Of a stretch of 64,000 nt of DNA, positions 52,051-64,000 are shown piece by piece. Origin of the DNA: Callorhinchus milii (lineage: Eukaryota); assembly GCF_018977255.1 (NCBI RefSeq), contig NW_024704742.1:87236001-87300000 (forward strand). Direction: 5' to 3'. The notes beneath the pieces were generated by a model. The model was not told the origin of the DNA. It was given only the letters and a program-made list of their open reading frames with translations, and searched no databases. Within the stretch, counting starts at the first letter, position 1. Each line of letters opens with the position of its first letter. The translations under genes and the position numbers were made by a program.

Positions 52051-52366
52051 GTGGAGTCCTGTAGCTCAGTGGTTAGAGCACTCGCTTTGCAAGCAAGACA
52101 CGTGGGTTCAATTCCAGGCAGGGCAAAACCTTGGGCAAGTTTCCTTACTCCACACGCCTAATAATAATCCCTCCAAAAAACAAAAATAATAATAAATCGG
52201 TCATTTTCAATCCACGATTGTTTGTGGGATATTGCTATGCACAATTGGCTGCCGCATTTCGCCCACAAATGTACGGTCAATTCACTTTACAGCATATTCT
52301 GTGAAGCACTTTGAGACGCCTCGAAGACGTGAAAAGCGCTACATCAAATGCAAGGATTATTATTAT
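52051..52366 (+). mobile_element. tRNA-derived SINE, short subtype
   Basis: Family match. Confidence 0.93.
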
Positions 52367-54202
52367 ATTATATTTATTTCATTGTTAAACACAGATAGAC
52401 TTTAGAATCTCTGCCAGGATACAAATTAATTAATTAATTAATGTCCTGAAAACTTTTTGTAATGCTGAAGCAGCACAATCTTTCTTGAGATTTAAGAGTG
52501 GGAGCGTGCTCGCAGTCAGCACGAGGACTCAATTATATGGGATTGTTGTGATTGTTCAGTTCATTAAATAGCTATTGCTTCCGCAAGCCAACATGCTTTG
52601 GTGTCTAGTGTCGTTCAGTACTTTAGTTTGATCTAAAGCTCCCTGTGTGTTACACTAAGCCATACACACCAAAAAAAGTTGGCGCTCAATCCATGACTGT
52701 TTGTGGGACACTGCTGTGTGCATTTGGCTGTTACGCTTTGCTCACAAAATATGCAGTCAATCCACTTTACAACATATTCTGTGAAGTGCTTTAAGATGAC
52801 TAGATCATTGAATTGAACTCAGGTGAGAGACCTGAGTTCAATTCCAGGCAGGGCGAAACCTTGGGCAAGTTTCCTTACTACACACTCCTAATAATAATCC
52901 CTCCAAAAAACAATAATAAATTGGTCATTTTTAATCCATGACTGTTTGTGGGACATTGCTGTGTGCAACTGGCTGCCGCGTTCACTTTACAGTATATTCT
53001 GTGAAGCACTTTGGGATGTCTAGAAGACGTGAAAAGCGCTATATCAAATGCAAGGATTATTATTATTATGTCTCAACAATGTGATAAGGCGCGATATCAA
53101 ATGCAAGGATTATTGCATACCAGAAAGGTTGCAGGCTCGAATTTCAGTTTGCTGAGTTTGCTGATGTCACCTGGTCCAGCAGTTGAAATGCTACAATTTG
53201 GCCCTAGTTCTCTTGGGTTAGGAAGGTAAGGTTCCAGATTCTATCACGATTTAGTGCCCCCTTCAAAATACAGAGAGTGTGTAGATGTTAAGTGAGGATA
53301 GGATTGGACTCAGCTGTTGTTTCCCTCCCCAAGTGTTGATCAGCCTGTCAATACTCAATTTAGGTTCATTCATGAATAATTGGGTGAAATACTAGATGGT
53401 TTCTGGTACCTATGGAACTGTCTTTACCCAAGTATGATAAGCTTGTGGAAAGATGACAGAAAAGGGCATTCTTTCAGTTACAACCGGTCTAGGTTTGGAT
53501 TAGTCAGTAGCTCTTCAAGGTGTTGTGCTATATAAGGGTGCTATGTAAATGCAAGTTGTTGTATGTTTTATAGGCTTCACAGAAAATTACTCAAATGTGA
53601 ACTTGGCATCAAAAATCTACTTAGGGAGAGAGAGAAAAAGAGGGGAAGAGAGAAGGAAAGAGGATAGAAATATATTTTTCCATTTCCTTCTATGGAATCA
53701 CAAATCCTTATGTGGATCCAGAACCATCTTGTCATTTTATTGCTGTCCAGCAATCATATTCACATGAAGTTGCGGTAAGTCACACTGTAGCCATTAAAGT
53801 TGCCTTGCTGAGTTTGGCTTTTAACCTGCCAAGGATACTTTTACTTTTGTCTTTTATTGTTGTCCAGTATTGTGATGTGGCCTGGGTTTAGCTGCATTTT
53901 ATGCCATTCATTTTTATCAACACAGGATTTCATCTCCTGTTCCGCCCTAATCCAAATCCTGTTTGGTTTTAGACTTGGCAAAAAGTAGCTGGCTTCACTA
54001 CCTATGTTTTATTTCTTTAGAACTTTATACAACATTATAAATTATACATTACTCCAACCGTTCAGAAGTGACCTATTTGTCTCAGGAACTGATTTAATCA
54101 CATTAATAACACTATTTTCCATTGTAAACTCAAAGAGAATTTAATTTGGGAAGAAAATTTGCAATGCAAGTCTATTACGTTAATTAGATTGACCTTTAAT
54201 GA

Positions 54203-54511
54203 TAACAATAATCCTTGCATTTGATATAGCACTTTTCAAGTCTTCTAGACGTCTCAAAGCGCTTCACAGATTATACTGTAAAGTGAATTGACTGTATATT
54301 TGTGGGTGAAACACGACAGCCAATTGCACACAGCAGGGTCCCACAGACAATCATGGATTGAAGTTGAAGTGACCAACTTATTATTGTTCTTTTTCTAGAG
54401 GGAGTATTATCAGGCAAGGAAACTTTCCCAAGATTTCGCCCTGCTAGGAATAGAACCCAGGTCTCTCGCTTCTGAGGCGAGTGCTATAACCACTGAGCTA
54501 CAGGACTCCAC
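54203..54511 (-). mobile_element. tRNA-derived SINE, short subtype
   Basis: Family match. Further partial copies near 864-1150, 45975-46175, 48120-48620, 52690-53070, 56770-56890, 58651-58806, 59135-59265. Confidence 0.92.
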
Positions 54512-55559
54512 TTTGTAGTAAACAAATTTCAGGCCGCTAATGTGCAAAGGCTTCATCGGAGGTGTTTGAGAGCAATTAGTTGGCTAGGTATATGTGTGTG
54601 TCTTACATTCTGTGATACAGTATTGGTTTTAGAGCCACATGAAGTTGCAGTAGTTCACACAGTAGCCATTAAAGTTGCCTTGCTGAGTTTGGCCTTTAAC
54701 TCACCTAAGGAACTTTAACTCACATGCTGACAGAAGCTGAATCAACTTTCCTTTTCCTCCCCCCTGCCCCCCCAATGCAGTTCGGCAGTTCTGGAAGGTA
54801 AGTGTCTTATGACGACCTTGTATTTGGTGGTATGTAAGATGACGCCAACGTTATACCTTTATCTCTGCCACTGCAACTTTTCATTTGGATAATTAACAAT
54901 GAGAACAGGTTAACCAGGTAGGGTGATTGAAACTAGGATGTAGACTGCAGTAGTTAACTTTGAAGAGCATTTCCTGAAAATTCGTTGATACGGATTTTCC
55001 AAGATGTTTTACAGACTTGCAGAGTGTTTCTCTACACATTGATGTCCTGCTGGACATTGCTTTGGTTTGTTTGATGGTGCTGTTGTTTGTTTTCTTTAAG
55101 ATTCTGCTTGTAAGAGAACATACCCTGTGACCACAATATATGTGCCTTTACCTTTACAAAACTGCTTTGGGCTTGTGGTTATACTGTTGGAGTTTGCAGA
55201 AACTATTCGAGCCGATATGCAGATATACTGAAACCGCTGTGCTGTGTGGTGGGACAGAGGCATAGAAATTCACAGCAAAGGAGGAAGTAATTCAGCCCAT
55301 TGAGTGTGCTCCAGCTCTCAGATATGGCTGTTTATGCTTAGCCTTCTTCACAGCTGGTATATGAAATCCTTGCTTTGCTTTCTGTTTACACACGTGACAA
55401 TAGAGTTTTGCTTTCTCATGATGACGACTGCATGCCTCACCTTTTAATTTGCCGTAGAAATGCAGCTCCATGCTGTGGTGTATGGAGGGACATGGCATTA
55501 GAATGTGTGAGTGTGCCTAAACGGTGCATATCTAAAACATGGTAAGTTGGGTGTTCCCA

Positions 55560-55825
55560 GCTCATCTTCAGCCTTTCTTCCCCCACCTTCTGGAACTCCA
55601 TGCCAGAGCACCTCCACTCGCCCTTTCCCTTGCCTCCTTCAAGGCCCAACTCAAGACCTTCCTTTTCAACCAGGCCTTCAGCCATCTACCTTTCTCCACC
55701 CCCCTTGCCCGCCATCCCTCGCTGATCCCAAACCGCAGCTCGGGTGCAATCCCCTCATTAGCCAGTGCCTTGGGATGTCCTCCCAACAAGAAACTGCTGT
55801 ATAAATGCAATTTGTTGTTCTTGTT
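55560..55825 (+). mobile_element. L2 LINE 3' end
   Basis: SLASFKAQLKTFLFNQAF; tail tataaatgcaatttgttg. Confidence 0.85.
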
Positions 55826-58800
55826 GCAATGGCTAAATGGCTTGGATGCTTTGCCTAACTGAATGCTTGTGAACCCTTCCATTCACAACCTCTAGCTCAG
55901 CTGCCAGTGATTTGGGACATTGTATTCAATAAACTACAATGGCCATGGAATATACCTCACCTATACACCCAGTGCAAAAAAAGACAGGCTCTTAATCTCC
56001 AAATGTTCAGCGACCAGAATTTCAACCTTACATAATTTCAGTAAACATTGGCAAGTGGATATGAAACGCCAAGGAAAAATGTCTACTGTGAAATATTCTT
56101 CACAAATTTTAAATCAAAGACATGGGGCAGGGGAATATAGTTTTTGATATGAATATAGTTTAATTATTACCACTGATAATGTGATTGCTGTTAAGTATCA
56201 CATCACGCTGTACCTTATTTTTCATCCCATGTTGTCTGGGATTTTATTAGTTGATTGGCAGATCGCTTTCCAGTGATAATAAATCGCTTAAAAACAAAAT
56301 AAACACTGTGGGACACTGTTGTGAACAATTGGCTGCTGCATGTTACCCACAAAATGTACGGTCAATTCACTTTACGGTATATGCTGTGAAGCACTTTGAG
56401 TCTCGATGAAATGATAAAGCACCATACCAAATGCAAGAATTATTATTATTAAGAAATATGTATACTTTCAAAACTGAGGGTCATTCGTGATAGAACAAGA
56501 TTGGGATGGTACATCCTCCTGAAGAGTTGATTTATCCCCTTACATATCACATTATAAGTGAGCATAGAAACATAATTGCCATTGCACCATTAAAAGGATT
56601 AGATGAATTCTGCCCACCTACTGTGACCATCCATACATACAGAATCTAATAACATTTTCTTCACCCGCAAAACACAGTCACTCCACTATTCAGTAAAATC
56701 TAGTGAAGTGCTTTAAAAAGTCCTCCCGAGGTGAAAGGTGATACATCAAACGCTAGGATTATTACTATTATTATTAATAATAATAATAATCCTTGCATTT
56801 GATATAGCGCTTTTCACGTCTTCTCGACGTCTCAAAGCGCTTCACAGAATAGACTGTAAAATGAATTGACTGTAATATTTGTGGGCGAAATGTAGTACGT
56901 TCAATGGTTGACTAAACTCCTTGAGTTTCGATGTTTGCATTCCTTTGTTGATATATCTACACACACTGAAACATAAGATGTAACTTACAATTCAAAGGAA
57001 AGTATGACGCAGAATTTATTCAGAGGCCAAGTGTAATGGAAACATTTAATTAAACGGCTATTTAGTGTAGGTTTAAAGAGATGTTGCACTGGACTTTTAA
57101 GCAGGTTTCTGTAAATGTTCAAGCTATTCAGTGGCTGGGTTTCTAATCATCACTTTTTGAGCAGCCCTTTAAAAGAAAACTTTTGGCGAAAGCAGTAACT
57201 GTTTTGAAATAAGACATTTAAGACATGAGCTTTGAAAGTCTACCCTCCTTTTGTTTGTTTTTTTAGAAATAAATAGATTTTTCCATTTCCTAACGAGAAC
57301 GTGGACTTTTTGCATCAGATAACTTCTTAAACGCTGATATAAAGAAAATAAAAATAACACATAGTTAGTAGAGAGACTTGGTTCTGAAACTAGAATGTTA
57401 AAGAAGTCATAATATTTGGAATTTTACAGATGAGAAATGGACCATTTGGCCCACCAAGTCTGCATCCGTGTATTTACAACAGCTAATAGGCATTACTGTA
57501 ATTGTATGCAAATACTGCTATTGAAGAATATATCAACATGTCAGAATATGGGAACATGCATATATAAGATGCAAGCAGCTACTTGAAGAAAATGAGAGCT
57601 ATTCAAAGATGGGAACCGGCTGCAGGGCCTGAGGGTGAATATAGAAACCGAACATTAATAATAATAATCCTTGTAATTGATACTGCGCCTTTAATGCCAA
57701 GAGGATATTTCCAATTGCTTCACGAGTTTTACTGTAAAGTGTATTTTTGTAGGTGAACATTCACAGACTTTTATTTGGTCACAGAGCCAAAGAGAGAAGA
57801 GATTCTACTCTGCTTTATGGACACAGAGGGAGGGTGGGAAATCAATATTGAGGAGATGTCAAACCTAAAATCCAAATCCTCCAGTTTAGTTGTCAAATGC
57901 TTTAACTTTTAAAGGGTCCAAACGGCTCTTGTTCCAAATATGAAAGTGTATCTTCCTTTATGTTATGTTTTCCCATTGATAACTGATAATTCAGTGGTAA
58001 ATTAAATTCCAGAGCTCTATTTTTTAGACATACAGTCTTTGATCACCTGTGCTGTTAGCTCCAGTTACTTCAATTCTCATCCGTTTCCCAGGTTAACATT
58101 GTTGAGAGATTTGTAGCCAATTTGCACAGCAATGTCCCACTAACAGTCATGAAGTGAGTGATCAGTTTTATTTAGGGAATTAGTTGCCCTTCTCTTTTCA
58201 GATTGTGCCCTAGGATTGTTAACATCCACCTAAACAGGCAGATGGGACCTCAGCCTCACCTCTCATCTGAAGGATGGCACCTCCAACAATGCAGCACCCC
58301 CCCCCCCCCCCACCCCACTCCACTCCCCTCCCAGGACTGTTTTGGAGTATCAGGCAAGACTAAATGAGTTTCAAGTTCCAATAAATCACAACCTTCTGAT
58401 TCAGAGGTGAGAGTGCTACCAACTGAGCCAGACTGACACACTGGAATATCGTAGCAAATCTCTATTCCTTGCAAAATTGCTGCTATTTATTAAACATGTT
58501 AATCCCTTAACAGCACTTACCTCTGGCAATGAATTACACCACTGAAACTAGGATTTTGCTTAGCAAGAGAGCTTTCTAATTTGTCATTCTTACCTCTTTG
58601 TTCTTCAATTCAGAAATTCTCATTTCTCACCAAAATGTTTGCCTCGGAGGGACTGTTTGTGGGACATTGCTGTGCGCAATTGGCTGCCGCGTTCGCCCAC
58701 AAATATACAGTCAATTCACTTTACAGTGTGTTCTGTGAAGCGCTTTGGGACGTCCTCCCGACGTGAAAAGCGCTATATCAAATGCAAGGATTATTATTAT

Positions 58801-60729
58801 TATTATCTAGTTCTCAGTTGCAGCCAGATCCGTGTTACCTTTGTGAGAGCAGTGAATCTGCAATTGTAAATTTAGCGTGAAATTACTGGCAGTGGGTCAG
58901 GCTGGAGACTGAGGTGAGAGCAGATTGCTCTGCATTGCAAAATGATGTCACATATTTGGTAACATACCAGGACTATACAAAGCAGTACAGAGGAGAGCCC
59001 CAAGGCTGATGCCCAGTGTCATTAAAAACAGTGTCATAGCTCAGCCTCATATCTCAAATGGGATACAGTAGAGGTATATAAGATACTCAGAGGGTTAGAG
59101 GAGTAAGCCTGGAACACTCTTTTTCATATACATGGGGAGTCCTGTAGTGTAGTGATAAACACGCTCGCCTTGCAAGGGAGAGGACCTGGGTTTGTTTCCC
59201 AGGTGGGGTGAAACCTTAGGCAAGTTTCCTTATTCTACATGCCTCTGTTCACTTAGCAGTAAGTAGTCATTAGTACCTGAAGTTCAGGCTTGTGAAGGGC
59301 AATTTCAGGACTAGGTACCAGAAAGTATTTCTTTACACAGTGGATATATATTTTAATCAACAACTGGAACAGATTACCAGGAAGGGTGGACTCATTTAAA
59401 GAAAGCTTTAGTATGCTGCACTAGAAATAGACTGTAGTGTTTGTTTTCTGGATGAAAAGAACAAACGGATCAAACCTCTTTTGGTATTTCACAATAATGA
59501 AAATTGTGCTTTTCTAGAGGCTTTAGCTTGAAGAGCACAATAATATCATGAGATATAATGGACCTCATTGCATTGAATGCAAATGTGCCTTGCAAATTTG
59601 TTTACATATGCTCCTCTAACATTTATCAATGTATTTATCAATAATGGCACTTTCCCAGAGCTATCTTAATTAAAAAAAAATATTCTGGTGAATCAGATGA
59701 TTCAATGAACGAAAATAAATCCAGTACTTCGGCTGATTCATGGGCTCTATCACAACACTGAATCGTGATTTAACAGTCAGTATCCACATACCATGTAACA
59801 TCCTTTCAACTTGATGTCACCATAGCTCAGTATTTAACAAATGAAGAGGTCTGACCTAATTTTCTGCATAGCTGAATATTTTCCTGCACCAGTCACAAAG
59901 TCAACAACCTGCCAACACTTGCAGGATTGCTTAAGGATAAATGCACTTTGTCACTCGGACATATATTTCCCACTAGTTATGTAATCTTCCAAAACTACTG
60001 TAATGCTGTTTTGACACTTATGTTTGCTTATCACATTAAAATCCATTATCTTACAGTTAACTTCTTTTTGTATTCAATGACTTGAAAGACTGTGGATTAT
60101 TGTGATTAGATAAGCATAAAATTAAGTATTTGTTTATTAATACGTTTTAAAAGTAAAATCAGATAAACCTGGCATAAAGTGTGTTTATTGGCATATTCAG
60201 AGTAATAACACTCCTGAGTTGGGTATGTAATAATAATCTGCATTTCATAAGCGCCATATGACAACTTTGAGACGTCTCAAAGTGCTTCACAGAATATACT
60301 GTAAAGTATATTCTGTGAAGCTCTTTGAGATGTCTCAAAGTCTCATACATCAAATATACTGTAAAGTATATTTGATGCATGAAACACAGCAACCAATTGC
60401 ACACAGCAGCTAATAAACATTTTTAACAAGTTTTGTTCAGATAAATAAATCTGTCATAGGTACACAACATAATGTTAGCACAGATAATTGCTTAGAATGT
60501 TGGTTAATTGTGTTTGAAGTTGATTTAAAATAAGATTTTAGCAAAGCAGAACCCTTTGCACATTGCCTCACTAGGCCAGTGCACGTTCGTAGATTTACAT
60601 AAATTGTACAGCATGGAATCAGTCCTTCCAGCCCAACCAGTCCAACATTAGTGTTTATACTCCACATGAGTCTCTACCCAATGATCGCTCCCTTCTATAC
60701 CCTTCTCCCTTGTGTGTATGTGACACCAC

Positions 60730-61510
60730 GTCATGTGCAGCATTCTTCAGGGCTCTGTCCTTGGTCCCCTTCTGTACAATATCTATATGCTCTCTCTTGG
60801 TGACATCATCTGCAGACATGGGGTCAACTTCCACATGTATGCGGATGACACCCAACTCTATTTCTCTGCCTCCACCCTCGACTCCAGGACCACTGCTGTC
60901 CTGACAGAATATCTGTCAGACATCAAGTCCTGGATGAGAGCTAACTTTCTCCAGTTGAAAGTCAACAAGACCGAGGCTCTCCTGATTAGTTCCCATCAGT
61001 GCCTCAACACCTCAGGTGCTGACAGCATCACTATCCATGGTCGCATACTCCACCTTACTCAAACAGTCCAGAGTCTTAGCGTCTTGTTTGACCCTCAACT
61101 GTCCTTCTTATCCCACATCTGCACCATGACCCGCTTTGCCTTCCCCCACCTCCGTAACATCACCCGGCTCCACCACTGCCTCACCGCTCAGGCTGCAGAA
61201 ACCCTCATCCACACATTCATCACATCTAGGCTCAACTATGTTAACTACCTGATCATCGAGCTACCAAAAACTTCCATCTACAAGCTGTAGATGATTCACA
61301 ACTCTGCAGCTCGTGTCCTCTCCTGCACCAAACTCAGTGACCCTTTCACTCCCAGAGGATAGATTCAAAGTCCTCATCCTCACCTTCAAAAGCCCTCCAC
61401 GACCTTGCTCCTCCTTACCTCTTTGACTTGCTAATTCCACATAGATGTGTCCACTCCCTCCACTCAAAGTGCTCCAGCCTGCTCTGTGTCCTCTGCCTGG
61501 CCCGCCCCAC
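60730..61510 (+). mobile_element. L2-clade LINE RT fragment
   Basis: [54 protein letters not shown]. Confidence 0.95.
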
Positions 61511-61547
61511 CATCATTTATATACACACACATATATGTATATATATA

Positions 61548-61852
61548 TCTTCTATATTCACAATATCCGTGTGTCTGTCTGTTCGTCCACTAAGAACTCA
61601 GTAACCGATTGACATAGAAACATGAGTTATACTTTTCAGAAGGGTTTTGCATGGGGGAGTGTCATGGGCATATTTTTGGGGGGTGTCTCCTATCATTGAT
61701 GAGCTATGATCTAAACAAGCTTATCACACATATATAGCAGTTTTGCTTAAGGTGTGCACACAGTGTTTATGGCATGTTAAAAAGTTTATGAGTGGTATCA
61801 CTGAAATCCATATTGGATCCTTTGGTTACAAGAATAGCTGCAATGGGTACAT
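61548..61852 (+). mobile_element. Non-autonomous Helitron-like element, second copy, lacks terminal CTAG
   Basis: Shares TCTTCTATAT start, taaccgattgac.tag..acatga.ttatac and tccatattggatcctttggtt..gggtaca with 18805-19396. Confidence 0.7.
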
Positions 61853-61864
61853 TATATATTTAAA

Positions 61865-62165
61865 ACAACAACAAATTGCATTTGTACAGTAACTTTCAAG
61901 TTCGGAGGACAATCCCAAACTCTGGACAGTCAGAGATTTGGACCGAGCAGGTGGTTCGGATCAGGAGCAGTTGAGGGCAGGGAGGGTAGGGGTAGGAAGG
62001 TGACCGAAGGCACGGTCAAAGAGGAGGATCTTGAAATGGTTTTGAAGGAGGCAGGGGAGGGAGCGAGACGAAAGGTCTGTGGGATGGAGTTCCAAAGGGT
62101 AGGAGCAGAGAGGCTAAAGGTCTGACCGCTGATGGCGTAGTGGGCCAGGTAGGGGACAGGGCATA
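61865..62165 (-). mobile_element. L2 LINE 3' end
   Basis: GQTFSLSAPTLWNSIP..FK. Confidence 0.85.
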
Positions 62166-64000
62166 TACAATACAAAATTACATTTGTATAGCGGCTTTCA
62201 CGTTGGGAGGATGATATAAAGATTCATGGCAAAAGGCAAGTTCTTGATCCCTCAAAGATGGAATATTTTGGCTGTTTTGGGATATTGGATTATTTCTATT
62301 GACCGTTTCCACTCCCAAACACCCATCGATCCCCTCCCGACAGCACAGGTTCCCAGTCAATTGTTTGAAGCACTTAGAGATGTCCTCCCAATATGAATAT
62401 AACTGTAAATTGTTGTTGTCTGCTATCTCATTTGAAAAATGGTGGATGGCACAGGAGTGACGGAGCCTTCAACAACATGCAACTATCTTCCAAAGCTACT
62501 TTTCCTTGTGATCGTTCCTCTCTCCCCCTCTCTTCAAGAATCTCCTTTATGAAAAATCTTTTCCACCAGACCTTTAGTTAAATATCTAAATCACTTCTAT
62601 CCTTGCTCGCTGTCCACCAGTGTATATGTCAAGCACCTTGAGGTGTTCTTTCATGTGAAAGATAGATTAATAATCCTTACATTTGATGTAGCACTTTTCA
62701 TGTCGGGAATACATCCCAAAAGCACTTCACAGGATTTACTGTAAAGTACAGAACTGTGTGTGTGTATGTGTTTTTGGGTGAATTCAGTAGCCAATTTGCA
62801 CATCACAATGTTCCACAAACAGCAATGAAGTGAATGACCATTGATGTCAAAGAAATGCAAGCTGTTGTTGAATGATAGGGAGAGAATAAAAACAGAAATG
62901 CTGGAAATAAACAGCATCCGATACAGAAAAATAGGTCAACACCTTGGGTACGGCTGTTCATTAAACTGCACAGCAGTGCAAGGCAGTGTGCAATTGTCTG
63001 CCGTATTTCGCCAACAGATCCAAAATCTCAAAACAGAGATGATTTCAATGTTCTGATGAACCTTCGAAAGAAGGTTTGGAGCCAAATTGGTAACCTGTCA
63101 TTCTCTTTCAGATGTTGAATGCCTTGATTTCCAGAGTGCATTTCCAGAGCTTCTGATTAGATTTCAAGCAATCCATTTCTTTCATTCTTTAGAATATCTT
63201 TTTCAGCTATTTTTGTCTGAGTTTCATTTCAGTCTTAAATATCTTATGTAAATTAAGTTTTTATGCAGTTTAGCTTCATTACCGAACCACCTTTCCATAG
63301 GTTAACAATTCTCCGTTAACGCAAAGTAGTTTCTCTTGTGTTAAACAAAATGAGTAATAATAATAATGATCTTTGCATTTGATGTAGCACCTTTTCACAT
63401 CGTTGAGACATCTCAAAGTGCTTCACAGAATTTAAGTTCATTGACTGTGTATTTTGTAGGTGAATGTGGCAGGCAATTTGTGCTCAGCAATGTCTCACAA
63501 ACAGCCATGAAGTTAAAGTTCAATTTTATCTGGGGATGGTTGACCAAGACACAAGGAGAAACTCCCTACTATTTTCGATTAGTGCCATGAGATGTTTCAT
63601 GTGCACCTGAAAAGGCCTGATTTAACATCTCACTCGAAGAACGTTGGCACCTCCAACGTGCACTGCAGCACTGAGGAACTTGTGTGTGTCTGTATGAAAT
63701 GGGTGAAAGATTGGTGGGTGGGGGAGGAAAGACAATCTATCTAACATTTAAACGATTGTATTTCTGAAATTATGGAATTTGCTTGCATTTCCTGAATGAT
63801 TCATCACATTGAAATCCAAATCATCAGTATAATTGTTAGCATATTTGGTCATCATCTTACCTATGTTACACACCACTAAAACTCTGCTGTTGAAAACACT
63901 GTGATTCATTTGTCCTTAAACCAGTTCTTAAACCTTTGACAGAATCTGGTACAATTCACTTCCAAATGGCTATCCAGTTTCATCTGAAATCACTCTATCT

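Noticed and set aside
63051..63080. Intact hammerhead ribozyme
   Set aside because: CTGATGA and GAAA are present, but stem II lacks the closing G-C pair and I could not build stems I and III.
45332..64000. DOCK8 coding exon 2
   Set aside because: I found no segment resembling the expected YSSAEIRKQ-like sequence; it is probably beyond the window, though a diverged exon could have been missed.

Overview
Vertebrate genomic DNA, most likely a cartilaginous fish (holocephalan-like; inferred only from the repeat content). The left half carries a complete ZNG1/CBWD gene (COG0523 zinc-metallochaperone GTPase) on the - strand. I assembled it by hand into 15 coding exons from 33037 to 633: 1119 nt, 372 aa, every phase compatible, with CPELVPI, GYLGAGKT, GCLCC, ETTG and NKTD intact. 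Its first coding intron has a GC donor, and a probable non-coding first exon lies in a CpG island near 36.5 kb. Head-to-head with it, coding exon 1 of DOCK8 (MASLSSAERRAFAQKINR, 45279-45331, + strand) sits in a second CpG island; the rest of the window appears to be DOCK8 intron 1. The non-coding DNA is dense in tRNA-derived SINEs, Deu-domain SINEs, and CR1 and L2 LINE fragments. It also holds two non-autonomous Helitron-like elements, an unclassified ~360-bp repeat family (one copy forming a ~210-nt fold-back), decayed Penelope-like ends and several SINE-derived hairpins. I see no novel multi-gene system. The best leads are the GC-AG intron with a competing frameshifting GT, the unclassified repeat family, the Helitrons, a possible alternative DOCK8 first exon and candidate intronic enhancers. 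Repeat boundaries are approximate; exon boundaries were read base by base.
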